This document shows positions 56,172 through 64,000 of a stretch of 64,000 nucleotides of DNA, piece after piece. A program made the position numbers and the translations under genes. The stretch comes from an uncultured Acidobacteriota bacterium (lineage in GTDB: Bacteria > Acidobacteriota > Thermoanaerobaculia > Multivoradales > UBA5704), in contig CAVYRF010000002.1 of NCBI GenBank assembly GCA_963770895.1, positions 96,001 to 160,000 on the forward strand, written 5' to 3'. The notes beneath the pieces were generated by a model. That model was not told where the DNA came from and ran no database searches. It worked only from the letters and a program-made list of their open reading frames with translations. Positions within the stretch are counted from its first letter, which is position 1, and each line of letters begins with the position of its first letter.

Positions 56172-57155
56172 CTAGCCGCCCGCCGGACGTTCGACGTGGC
56201 CGCCGAACTTGTTGCGCATGGCGGAAAGCATCTTCTCGCCGAACGTGTGCTGCTGGCGCGAACGGAAGCGCGCGTAGAGCGAGGTCGACAGCACGTCGGC
56301 CGGCACCGCCTCTTCGAGCGCCGCGGTGATCGTCCACCGCCCTTCGCCCGAATCGTGCACGAAGCCGGTATAGCCCCCCAGGTCGGGGGTCTCCGCCAGC
56401 GCCATCGCCGACAGGTCGAGCAGCCACGACGAGACGACGCTGCCGCGGCGCCACAGTTCGGCGACGTCGGCCAGGTCGATGTCGAAGCGGTGCTCGGCGG
56501 GCAGCTCCTCCGAGACCGCGTTCTTCATGATGTCGAAGCCTTCGGCATAGGCCTGCATCAGGCCGTATTCGATGCCGTTGTGGATCATCTTGACGAAGTG
56601 TCCGGCGCCCGTCGGGCCGCAGTGCAAATAGCCCTTGTCGGCGGTGCTCTGCTTGCCTTCGCGCCCCGGTGAGGGGGCCACGTCGCCGGTGCCCGGCGCC
56701 AGCGTCTGCCAGATCGGATCCAGACGCTGGACGCTTTCGCGCGGGCCGCCGATCATCAGGCAGTAGCCGCGCTCCAGGCCCCAGATGCCGCCGCTGGTGC
56801 CGGCGTCCAGGTAGTGGATGCCCTTGCCCGCGAGCTCGCCCCCGCGGCGCACGTCGTCCTTGTAATAGGAGTTGCCGCCGTCGATCAGCGCATCGCCGGC
56901 CTCCAGCAGGCCGGCAAAGGTGCCGACGGTCTGCTCGGTGATCTCGCCGGCCGGCAGCATCAGCCAGACGGCGCGCGGCTTTTCCAGCTTGGCGGCGACG
57001 TCTTCGAGCGAGGTGGCGCCGACCGCCCCCTGCTTGACCAGCTCCGCCACCGCCTCAGGGTTGCGATCGAACACCACGCACTGGTGCCCCCCCTTGAGCA
57101 GGCGCTTCACCATGTTGCCGCCCATACGACCCAATCCGATCATCGCTATCTGCAT
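56172..57155 (-). CDS. gnd: 6-phosphogluconate dehydrogenase (decarboxylating, short type)
   Basis: [42 protein letters not shown]. Confidence 0.97.
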   Translation of the reverse strand: MQIAMIGLGRMGGNMVKRLLKGGHQCVVFDRNPEAVAELVKQGAVGATSLEDVAAKLEKPRAVWLMLPAGEITEQTVGTFAGLLEAGDALIDGGNSYYKDDVRRGGELAGKGIHYLDAGTSGGIWGLERGYCLMIGGPRESVQRLDPIWQTLAPGTGDVAPSPGREGKQSTADKGYLHCGPTGAGHFVKMIHNGIEYGLMQAYAEGFDIMKNAVSEELPAEHRFDIDLADVAELWRRGSVVSSWLLDLSAMALAETPDLGGYTGFVHDSGEGRWTITAALEEAVPADVLSTSLYARFRSRQQHTFGEKMLSAMRNKFGGHVERPAGG

Positions 57156-57395
57156 TGCCGTCGCACCTTTCCGATCCCCGCGGGGATCTCTCTCGCACAG
57201 CCGCCGCGCTGGCCGTCCCGCGCCGCGAGCGCCGCCGGGGCGACAGTCTACTACCGCCGCCGATCCGCTCCGGCGCCGGCGGCCGTCAGCTGCTTGCCAA
57301 AGACTTGCCAAACGCGCGACGGCCGCACGACGGCGGACGGACGGCGGACGGACGGACGGCGGCGGACGGCGGCGCGCGCCGCCTGCCGGCCCCGC

Positions 57396-59024
57396 CTACT
57401 GATAGTCCTTGAACCTTGGCCAGGCGGCGGCGAGCGGCTCGCCCAGGCGGCACACCGTGATCGGCCGGCCGTCCTCGTAGGGCATGGCGTGCGGCAGGCG
57501 CAGCGTACCGGCGCGGCGCACCTCGGCGCAGTGCACGCCAAAGGACGCCGCCGGATCGCCAAGCATGATCAGCACGCTGCCGTCGCAACCGTCCGGTCCC
57601 CACATGTAATAGCTGTTGTGGCCCGAGATGACCGGCGGCAGCAGGAACGGGCGGCCCAGCTCTTCGAGGGCGCCCGCCTCGCCGTAGTTGCGGGTCACGA
57701 TGCAGGCGCGCGCCCGCTCCGCCGGCGGCAGCGCCGCCACCACCTGCGCCACCTGCAGCGTCATCTGCGGCCAGCCGAACATGTCGGCGAAATGCTGCGG
57801 CAGCTCGCCCAGCGCGGTGCGCTCGGGGGAGGCGGGCTTGATCCCCAGCGCCGCCTGGTACCGCACGTAGTCCGCGACCGGCAGCACCGGCAGCCCGAGC
57901 GGCGCGATCAGTGCGCCGCCGGCCAGCAGCACCGTGAGGTACGCCCAGCGCAGGCGGCGCCACCTGCCGCCGCCGGCGCGCTCGGTCGCGGCGGCGTTCG
58001 CGGCGTTCGCGACGTTCGCGGCGCTCGCGCCATCCGCAGGGCCGGCGGGCGCGCCCTCCAGCGCCACCGCGCCGGCGGCGAACAGCAGCGGGAAGAGCGG
58101 CGCCAGGTAGTAGCCCTTGGCGCGGAACGCCATCAGCACCACGATCACCGTCACCGCCAGCCACCCCAGCAGGCGCCAGGGCCGCGCGCGCCGCGCGCAC
58201 AGCAGCCAGCCGAGCCCTGCCGCCCACACCGGCACGGCGAGCGGCTGCATGGCGCCGGCCTGATCGGCCAGGAAGCCGAGCGGCGACGTCGGCACGTTCT
58301 TGGCCGCCTGGGCGTTGCGCAGGAACTCCAGGGTCGGCCAGTGATGCCACGCCTCCCACGCCAGGTTGGGCGCCGCCAGCACCGCCGCCAGCGCCGCCCC
58401 CAGGTAGACCCACGGCTGCCGCAGCGCCTGCCGCCCGGCCGCCGTCGCCACCAGGCCGACCGCCGCGCCCAGGCCGAAAAACAGCATGCTGTGCTTGGTT
58501 TCGAGGCCGATGCCGGCGACGCCGCCAAAGAGCAGCCACAGGCGGGGACCGGCGCCGGCGGCCAGGCGCGCCAGCAGCAGCGCCCCCAGCTCCCACCACA
58601 GCACCTCGAAGGCGTTCATCGACATGACGTGGAAGGTGCCCAGAAACCGCGGCGCCGCCAGGGCGCAGGCCGCCGCCAGCAGCTGCGCGAAGCGGCCGCC
58701 GCCCAGCTCGCGCGCCAGGCGCCCGCACAGGTAGACCACCGCCGCCCCGGCCAGCGCCGGCAGCAGGCGGAGCGCCGGCAGGCTGTCGCCCAGCAGCACG
58801 CGCGACAGCCAGCTGAGCACCGCCACCACCGGCGGGTGATCGACGTAGCCGAAGGCCAGCCGCCGCCCGCACGCCACGTAGTACAGCTCGTCGCGGAACC
58901 AGCCGTAGCGGCCGATCGTCGCCAGCTGCGCCACGAAGGCCGCCAGCGCCAGCAGCGCGAGCCCCGTCCGCGCGTCGCCGGCGCGCCCGTCCCGCGGCGC
59001 GGACACCGACACCGCCGCCGTCAA
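57396..59024 (-). CDS. Glycosyltransferase family 39 / ArnT-like membrane protein
   Basis: YGWFRDELYY, GYVDHPP, multiple TMs, NYGEAGA, ISGHNSY. TTG start overlapping the upstream stop. Confidence 0.88.
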   Translation of the reverse strand: MTAAVSVSAPRDGRAGDARTGLALLALAAFVAQLATIGRYGWFRDELYYVACGRRLAFGYVDHPPVVAVLSWLSRVLLGDSLPALRLLPALAGAAVVYLCGRLARELGGGRFAQLLAAACALAAPRFLGTFHVMSMNAFEVLWWELGALLLARLAAGAGPRLWLLFGGVAGIGLETKHSMLFFGLGAAVGLVATAAGRQALRQPWVYLGAALAAVLAAPNLAWEAWHHWPTLEFLRNAQAAKNVPTSPLGFLADQAGAMQPLAVPVWAAGLGWLLCARRARPWRLLGWLAVTVIVVLMAFRAKGYYLAPLFPLLFAAGAVALEGAPAGPADGASAANVANAANAAATERAGGGRWRRLRWAYLTVLLAGGALIAPLGLPVLPVADYVRYQAALGIKPASPERTALGELPQHFADMFGWPQMTLQVAQVVAALPPAERARACIVTRNYGEAGALEELGRPFLLPPVISGHNSYYMWGPDGCDGSVLIMLGDPAASFGVHCAEVRRAGTLRLPHAMPYEDGRPITVCRLGEPLAAAWPRFKDYQ

Positions 59025-61150
59025 CCCGCCGCCCGCGCCGCGGCGCGGGCGCTGCGCGGCAGCTGCGCGTCGAGGGCGACCAGCGACGAGCGCAGGGCGG
59101 CGCGGTCGCCCTCCGCCAGCCGGCCGCCGCCGAAGCTCTCGCGCAGGTAGAGAGCGACGACGTGCGCGGTGGGCGCCGCGGCGGCGGGGAACCGCGCCGC
59201 GGCAAGCGATTGCAGCGCCAGCGGCGCCGTCGCCGGCGGCACGCGCAAGCCGGCGCGCAGCAAGCGGCTGCGGACGCGGGTGTAGGCCAGGGTGGCGTCG
59301 AGCGGCGGCCGCAACCGCCGCCAGACCAGCGCCGCCGCCGCCAGCAGCGCCACCGCCGCCACCGCCGCCCAGGGCGAGCGCAGCAGCGCGCCGACGGCCG
59401 TCTGGTCCGGCGCCGGCGCCGCGGCGGGCAGCGCCGCGGCAGCCGTGGCGCCGGGCGTCGCGACCAGCGGCGGCGGCTCCGGGTGCGCGCGATCGAAGAA
59501 GCCGAGCAGGCCGCCCCACAGGCGGCGCAGCTGGCCGAAGAACGCCACCTGGTCGTAGATGCCGTAGGTCAGCACGTAGCGGTCCCAGCGGAACTGCACA
59601 AAATCCCAGGCCTGCCGCGTCAGCAGCCAGACGCCGGCGGAGGTTTCGGCCGGGCGGCCGGCCGGCGGCGTCGGATCGAAGATCTGCCAGCCCTGCGCCG
59701 GCCCCAGGTAGGCTTCGACCCAGGCGTGGGCGTTGCTGTCGCGCAGGATCAGGAAGCCCTCGAAGGGGTTGTACTCGCCGCCCAGAAAGCCGGTCACCAG
59801 CCGCGCCGGCACGCCCTGCGCCCGCAGCATCAGCACCATGGCCGAGGCGAAGTATTCGCACTGGCCGCTCTTGTAGCGGAAGAGGAAGCTTTCGATCGGG
59901 TTGTCGTCGACCGTGCGGCCGGCCAGGTCCAGGGTGTAGACGTAGTTCTCGCTCAGGTGCCGCTCCAGGCGCGCGGCGCGCTCGCCGGCAGTGCCCCGCC
60001 CCGCGACGCGCGCGGCGAGAGCGGCGATGTGCGGCGTCAGGCCCCCGGTGTCCAAGGTGGGATCGGACGCGCCGGCGGGCGGCTCCGACAGCAGCACCGG
60101 CCGCTTGCCGATGCCCACCCGGTAGTCGCGCAGCTCCAGCGGGCTGAAGGCGAACGCCAGCGCGCCGCCTCCGTCGATCACCAGCCCGGTGACCTTGGGA
60201 TCGACCTGCAGCGTTTCGACCGGCAGCGGCAGGCTGCGGCTGTGCAGCGGCTGCAGGAAGACGTGCAGCCAGCGGTCGGGGTGGCCGGCGCCCAGCACGA
60301 ACAGGCCGCCCGGCCGGCGCAGCAGCTCGTTGCGCATGCGGGTGCGCTGCCAGCGGCCGTCGCTGTAGCGGTCGTAGGTCGCGGCCTTGAAGCGCAGGTC
60401 TTCGCCGATGCCCGGCGGACCGCCGCTTTCGAACTGCACGCGGATCGCCACCGCGCGGCTGGTGCGGATCTGGTCGATCGAATCCAGGGTCACCGCGTCG
60501 GAAAAACCGGCAGCTTCCTGCACCAGGCCGCTGCCGTTGCCGCGGCCGATGATGTACGGCGAGCGCAGCCGCGGCAGCACCGCGAACAGCGGCACCGCCA
60601 GCAACAGGATGATGACCGTCGATACCGCCACCAGCCGGCCGACCGGCATCGCCGCCAGGCTGGGATCGTCGCGGCTGAAATCGGCCAGCACGTGCAGGAA
60701 GGCAAAGCGCATCAACAGCACCAGCGACAGGACCAGAAACGCGGTCAGGTAGAGCACGATCGTCGGATGCGAGCTGGTGCCCATCGACGCCAGGAAGATG
60801 AAAAAGACGCCGATTCCCACCTGCCACTTGTCGCGCTCGCGCACCATGGCGAACAGCTTGACCAGCAGGGCGAACAGCCCCAGGTGCAGCACCGGCGCCA
60901 CCAGGTGGCCGCGATGGAAAACCAGCAGATCGGCGCCCAGCAGCGGCAGGTAGGCGAACCCCAGGACGTTGAGACCCCACAGCGGCAACCACCTGGCGGG
61001 ATCCAGCCACGCGCGGCGCAGAAAGAAGAGGACGCCGATGGAATACAGGATCACCACCGGCCAGCCGATCACGTCGCTCAGCGGCAGCGGCAGCGGCGCG
61101 AGCAGCGCCAGCCAGCCGATGAGCAGGCGCTTCTGGCGGCCGAAGCTCAT
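59021..61150 (-). CDS. DUF3488 plus transglutaminase domain protein (TgpA-like)
   Basis: N-terminal TMs, GQCEYFASAM, PARLVTGF, AHAWVE, FDPTP catalytic triad. Confidence 0.93.
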   Translation of the reverse strand: MSFGRQKRLLIGWLALLAPLPLPLSDVIGWPVVILYSIGVLFFLRRAWLDPARWLPLWGLNVLGFAYLPLLGADLLVFHRGHLVAPVLHLGLFALLVKLFAMVRERDKWQVGIGVFFIFLASMGTSSHPTIVLYLTAFLVLSLVLLMRFAFLHVLADFSRDDPSLAAMPVGRLVAVSTVIILLLAVPLFAVLPRLRSPYIIGRGNGSGLVQEAAGFSDAVTLDSIDQIRTSRAVAIRVQFESGGPPGIGEDLRFKAATYDRYSDGRWQRTRMRNELLRRPGGLFVLGAGHPDRWLHVFLQPLHSRSLPLPVETLQVDPKVTGLVIDGGGALAFAFSPLELRDYRVGIGKRPVLLSEPPAGASDPTLDTGGLTPHIAALAARVAGRGTAGERAARLERHLSENYVYTLDLAGRTVDDNPIESFLFRYKSGQCEYFASAMVLMLRAQGVPARLVTGFLGGEYNPFEGFLILRDSNAHAWVEAYLGPAQGWQIFDPTPPAGRPAETSAGVWLLTRQAWDFVQFRWDRYVLTYGIYDQVAFFGQLRRLWGGLLGFFDRAHPEPPPLVATPGATAAAALPAAAPAPDQTAVGALLRSPWAAVAAVALLAAAALVWRRLRPPLDATLAYTRVRSRLLRAGLRVPPATAPLALQSLAAARFPAAAAPTAHVVALYLRESFGGGRLAEGDRAALRSSLVALDAQLPRSARAAARAAG

Positions 61151-62211
61151 GCCGACGCCTGCCGCGGCCCGGCGTCCAGGTGGATGCGCAGCTGCGGCGT
61201 GCGCGGGTCGCTGCCCGCGAGCGGCTCGCGGCGCCGTTCCACCGGTTGGATGAGGGCCAGCAGCTCGAGCACCGCCAGGCGCTGGCGCGGCCCGCCGGCA
61301 AAGGGCAGCACGCGGTCGCGCGTCACCAGCTCCACCAGATAGCCGCGCGCCAGGTGGTCGACGGCGGCGGTCGCCGCCTCGCTGACCAGCCGCTCGAAGC
61401 GGCCGATGCGGGCCGGGTCGCGCAGCGGGCCGACGGCGTTGTCGAACAGCACCGACAGCCGCCGCGTGCGCTCGGCTTCCCGCTCCATGTACACCAGCGA
61501 GCCGGTGCGCGCCGTCTGCTTCCAGTGGATGCTGCGCGGATCGTCGCCGTTGCGATAGGTGCGCAGCGAAAAGAGGGAATGTCCCCGGCCGGCGCGGCGC
61601 GAGGCGCTGTCGCCCGGCGCTTCGGGCTCCTCCAGCCGGGTGGCGGCGGCGGGGAAGATCTCCGGGAAGACCAGCACCTCCAGGTCGACCGGGTAGCGCA
61701 CCCCTTTACGGAAGAAGCCGAACGGGAACAGGCTGGACACGTGCGCGTGGGCGAAGCGATAGGGACCGCGGTGCGGCAGCAGCGACTCGATCGCGCCGCT
61801 GCTGCGCCCGTGTCGCGGCAGGTAGGGGACCAGCAGCGGCTTGGCCTCGCGCGCCAGGCGCAGCAGCAGGAACCAGCGCGGCAGCAGCAGGCCGCGGTTG
61901 CTGACCGTGAAGCGCACCGCGAAGGGGCGGTTGGCAAACACCTCTTCCGGCGCCGTCAGCGCGACGCCAAGCCCGCGCACGTTCTGCCGCGACAGCAGCC
62001 CGGACAGGATGAGCATGCCGAACATCACCGCCAGCACCGCGTACAGCGCGTTGTTGCCGGTGTTGGTGGAGGCCAGCGCCACCATCAACGCCAGCAGCAC
62101 GAACCACAGCCCGACCGTGGTGATGCGGATGCCTTCGACCGCCGGACCGCGCCGGCGCGATCGGGCCGCGGGCGGCGGCGCCGGCACGGTGGAAGCGGCG
62201 GCGGACGGCAT
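61147..62211 (-). CDS. DUF58 domain protein
   Basis: NTGNNALY, FPFGFF, LRTYRNGDDPRSIHWKQTAR. Confidence 0.93.
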   Translation of the reverse strand: MPSAAASTVPAPPPAARSRRRGPAVEGIRITTVGLWFVLLALMVALASTNTGNNALYAVLAVMFGMLILSGLLSRQNVRGLGVALTAPEEVFANRPFAVRFTVSNRGLLLPRWFLLLRLAREAKPLLVPYLPRHGRSSGAIESLLPHRGPYRFAHAHVSSLFPFGFFRKGVRYPVDLEVLVFPEIFPAAATRLEEPEAPGDSASRRAGRGHSLFSLRTYRNGDDPRSIHWKQTARTGSLVYMEREAERTRRLSVLFDNAVGPLRDPARIGRFERLVSEAATAAVDHLARGYLVELVTRDRVLPFAGGPRQRLAVLELLALIQPVERRREPLAGSDPRTPQLRIHLDAGPRQASA

Positions 62212-62225
62212 GGCGGCGCGGCTTT

Positions 62226-63218
62226 CTAGATGGGCACCGGGGTGGCGGCGATCACCCGCTCGATGGCCTTGCGGGTGCTTTCCAGGTCGACGCCGCCGCG
62301 CTTGAGCGCCACGCGGTGGGCCAGCACCGGCACCGCCAGGCGCTGCACGTCGTCCGGCACCGCGTAGTTGCGTCCCTCCGCCAGCGCCAGCGCCTGCACC
62401 GCCCGGTACAGGCTTTGCGCGCCGCGGGTCGAGACGCCCAGCAGGAACTCGCCGCCGCGGCGGGTGGTCTCGGCGATCGTCAGCAGGTAGTCGGCCAGCT
62501 TGTCGGCCACCCGCACCTGCTGCGCGCGCACCTGCAGGTCCAGCAGGTCGGCCTGGCTGACCACCGGCTGCAGGCGCTGCAGCACGTCTTCGACGCCGCC
62601 CATCTGCAGCAGCTCGCGCTCGTCGGCGCGCGGCGGATAGCCGAGCGAGAGCGACATCAGGAAGCGGTCCAGCTGCGACTCCGGCAGCGGGAAGGTGCCC
62701 TGGAACTCCAGCGGGTTCTGCGTCGCCAGGACCACGAACGGCTCGGGCAGCAGGTAGCGCCGGCGCTCGACCGTCACCGTCCGCTCGCTCATCGCTTCGA
62801 GCAGCGCCGACTGCGTCTTGGGCGTCGCGCGGTTGATCTCGTCGGCCAGCACGACGTTGGCGAACAGCGGCCCCGGCACGAATTCGAAGCCCTGGTTCTT
62901 CTGGTTGAAGATCGACACGCCGATGATGTCGGAGGGCAGCAGGTCGCTGGTGAACTGGATGCGCTGGAACGCCAGGCCGAGCGAACGCGCCAGCGCCTGG
63001 GCCAGGGTGGTCTTGCCGACGCCGGGAACGTCCTCGATCAGCACGTGGCCGCGAGCCAGCAGGCAGACGGTCGCCAAGCGGATGACTTCGTGCTTGCCGC
63101 GGATGACGCAGGCAACGTTGTCTTCCAGCCGCCGGATGGCGGCGAGCGCCGCCGCGGGAGCCGCGAGCTCGGTTTCATCCTGGGGGCGGGGAGCTGCAAG
63201 GGTCGGCTGCATCGTCAT
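62226..63218 (-). CDS. moxR: MoxR-family AAA+ ATPase
   Basis: EDVPGVGKT, RIQFTSDLLPSD, LADEINRA, ATQNP, SQLDRF. Confidence 0.96.
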   Translation of the reverse strand: MTMQPTLAAPRPQDETELAAPAAALAAIRRLEDNVACVIRGKHEVIRLATVCLLARGHVLIEDVPGVGKTTLAQALARSLGLAFQRIQFTSDLLPSDIIGVSIFNQKNQGFEFVPGPLFANVVLADEINRATPKTQSALLEAMSERTVTVERRRYLLPEPFVVLATQNPLEFQGTFPLPESQLDRFLMSLSLGYPPRADERELLQMGGVEDVLQRLQPVVSQADLLDLQVRAQQVRVADKLADYLLTIAETTRRGGEFLLGVSTRGAQSLYRAVQALALAEGRNYAVPDDVQRLAVPVLAHRVALKRGGVDLESTRKAIERVIAATPVPI

Positions 63219-63359
63219 GCTCCAGACACACGGGCACAGCGTATACGGAGCCGGCGCGTCGGCGGTTCGGTTGCGCACCCGCGCCAGCGGTGCGAGCTTC
63301 CAGGGAGGCAGATTATAGCCACATTCCCAAACGTCACTTTCGCATCGCCCGAGCAACGA

Positions 63360-63388
63360 TTGACCGCCTCATTTTCGTCCTCTACTAT
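63360..63388 (+). promoter_or_regulatory. Sigma70-like promoter upstream of recA
   Basis: TTGACC-17 nt-TACTAT. Confidence 0.6.
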
Positions 63389-63513
63389 GGGACGAGTCGA
63401 TCGGCCCGAGCCGCTCCCCCGTTCCAGCAGCCCGCCGGCTCCCGAGCCCGCGCTTCGCAGGCTCGTCGGCCCCACAACAACAGACCGCCGCCAAGGCAAG
63501 GATCCCTAATCAC

Positions 63514-64000
63514 ATGGCAGACACCAAGACCGACCGACTGAAGGCTGTCGACGCGGCGCTGTCGCAGATCGAGCGCCAGTTCGGCAAGGGCTCGATCATG
63601 CGGCTCGGCCAACGCGAGAGCCACGGCGTCGAATCGATCTCCACCGGCTCGATCTCGATCGACAATGCCATCGGCATCGGCGGCCTGCCTGTCGGCCGGG
63701 TGGTGGAGATCTACGGGCCCGAATCGTCGGGCAAGACGACCCTCGCCCTGTCGACCGTCGCCCAGGCGCAAAAGCGCGGCGGCATCGCCGCCTACATCGA
63801 CGCCGAGCACGCCCTGGACGCCGAATACGCCCGCAAGCTGGGCGTCGACATCGACAACATGCTGGTGTCGCAGCCCGACAGCGGCGAACAGGCGCTGGAG
63901 ATCGCGGAAATGCTGGTGCGCAGCAACGCCGTCGACATCGTGGTCATCGACTCGGTGGCGGCGCTGGTCCCCAAGGCAGAGCTGGAAGGGGAAATGGGCG
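63514..64000 (+). CDS. recA: Recombinase A (5' part; runs off the window)
   Basis: Manual translation [32 protein letters not shown]...[12 protein letters not shown]...IDAEHALD...[12 protein letters not shown]...[11 protein letters not shown]. Confidence 0.98.
   Translation, partial: MADTKTDRLKAVDAALSQIERQFGKGSIMRLGQRESHGVESISTGSISIDNAIGIGGLPVGRVVEIYGPESSGKTTLALSTVAQAQKRGGIAAYIDAEHALDAEYARKLGVDIDNMLVSQPDSGEQALEIAEMLVRSNAVDIVVIDSVAALVPKAELEGEMG

Noticed and set aside
57325-57375. ggac/ggc microsatellite upstream of gnd
   Set aside because: Short intergenic simple repeat with no evidence of function.
57396-63218. MoxR-DUF58-transglutaminase operon as a new system; 1301-aa ORF 57396-61301
   Set aside because: This is a widespread known gene trio. 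The long ORF is the GT39 gene plus an off-frame upstream extension.
63389-63513. LexA/SOS box upstream of recA
   Set aside because: No clear GTTC-N7-GTTC, CTGT-N8-ACAG or GAAC-N4-GTTC match; only a single GTTC.

Overview
Very GC-rich chromosomal window, most consistent with an Acidobacteriota (probably Thermoanaerobaculia-like) genome; the taxon is inferred from protein families, not shown directly. From left to right it holds: a minus-strand histidine operon (hisZ-hisG-hisD-hisC/hisB fusion-hisH-hisA-hisF-hisI); an accessory patch of small secreted Cys-rich proteins with an IS3 remnant; a 5'-nucleotidase, a lipoprotein and an SGNH protein; hisS; a small island ending at tRNA-His; aroD/aroE, DedA-rhodanese and ETF-QO; yceD-rpmF-plsX-fabD-fabG-acpP-fabF; a ~16 kb glycosyltransferase cluster ending in a WcaJ-type phosphotransferase; a histone H1-like gene; gnd-zwf-pgl; MoxR-DUF58-transglutaminase-GT39; and the start of recA. 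The strongest discovery candidate is a non-canonical histidine decoding pair. The tRNA-His(GUG) has no encoded G-1 and has G1:U72 with a G73 discriminator (canonical bacteria have C73; the known alphaproteobacterial exception has A73). About 3 kb away lies a HisRS with alphaproteobacterial-type inserts and a distinct motif-2 loop. Other notable items: a 37-aa HisG/HisZ chimeric relay ORF, cargo genes bracketed by ~80-bp direct repeats, a leaderless lanthipeptide-like core after hisS, a family of Cys-rich secreted miniproteins, candidate tandem NrdR boxes on the H1-like promoter, and two probable small-indel frameshifts.
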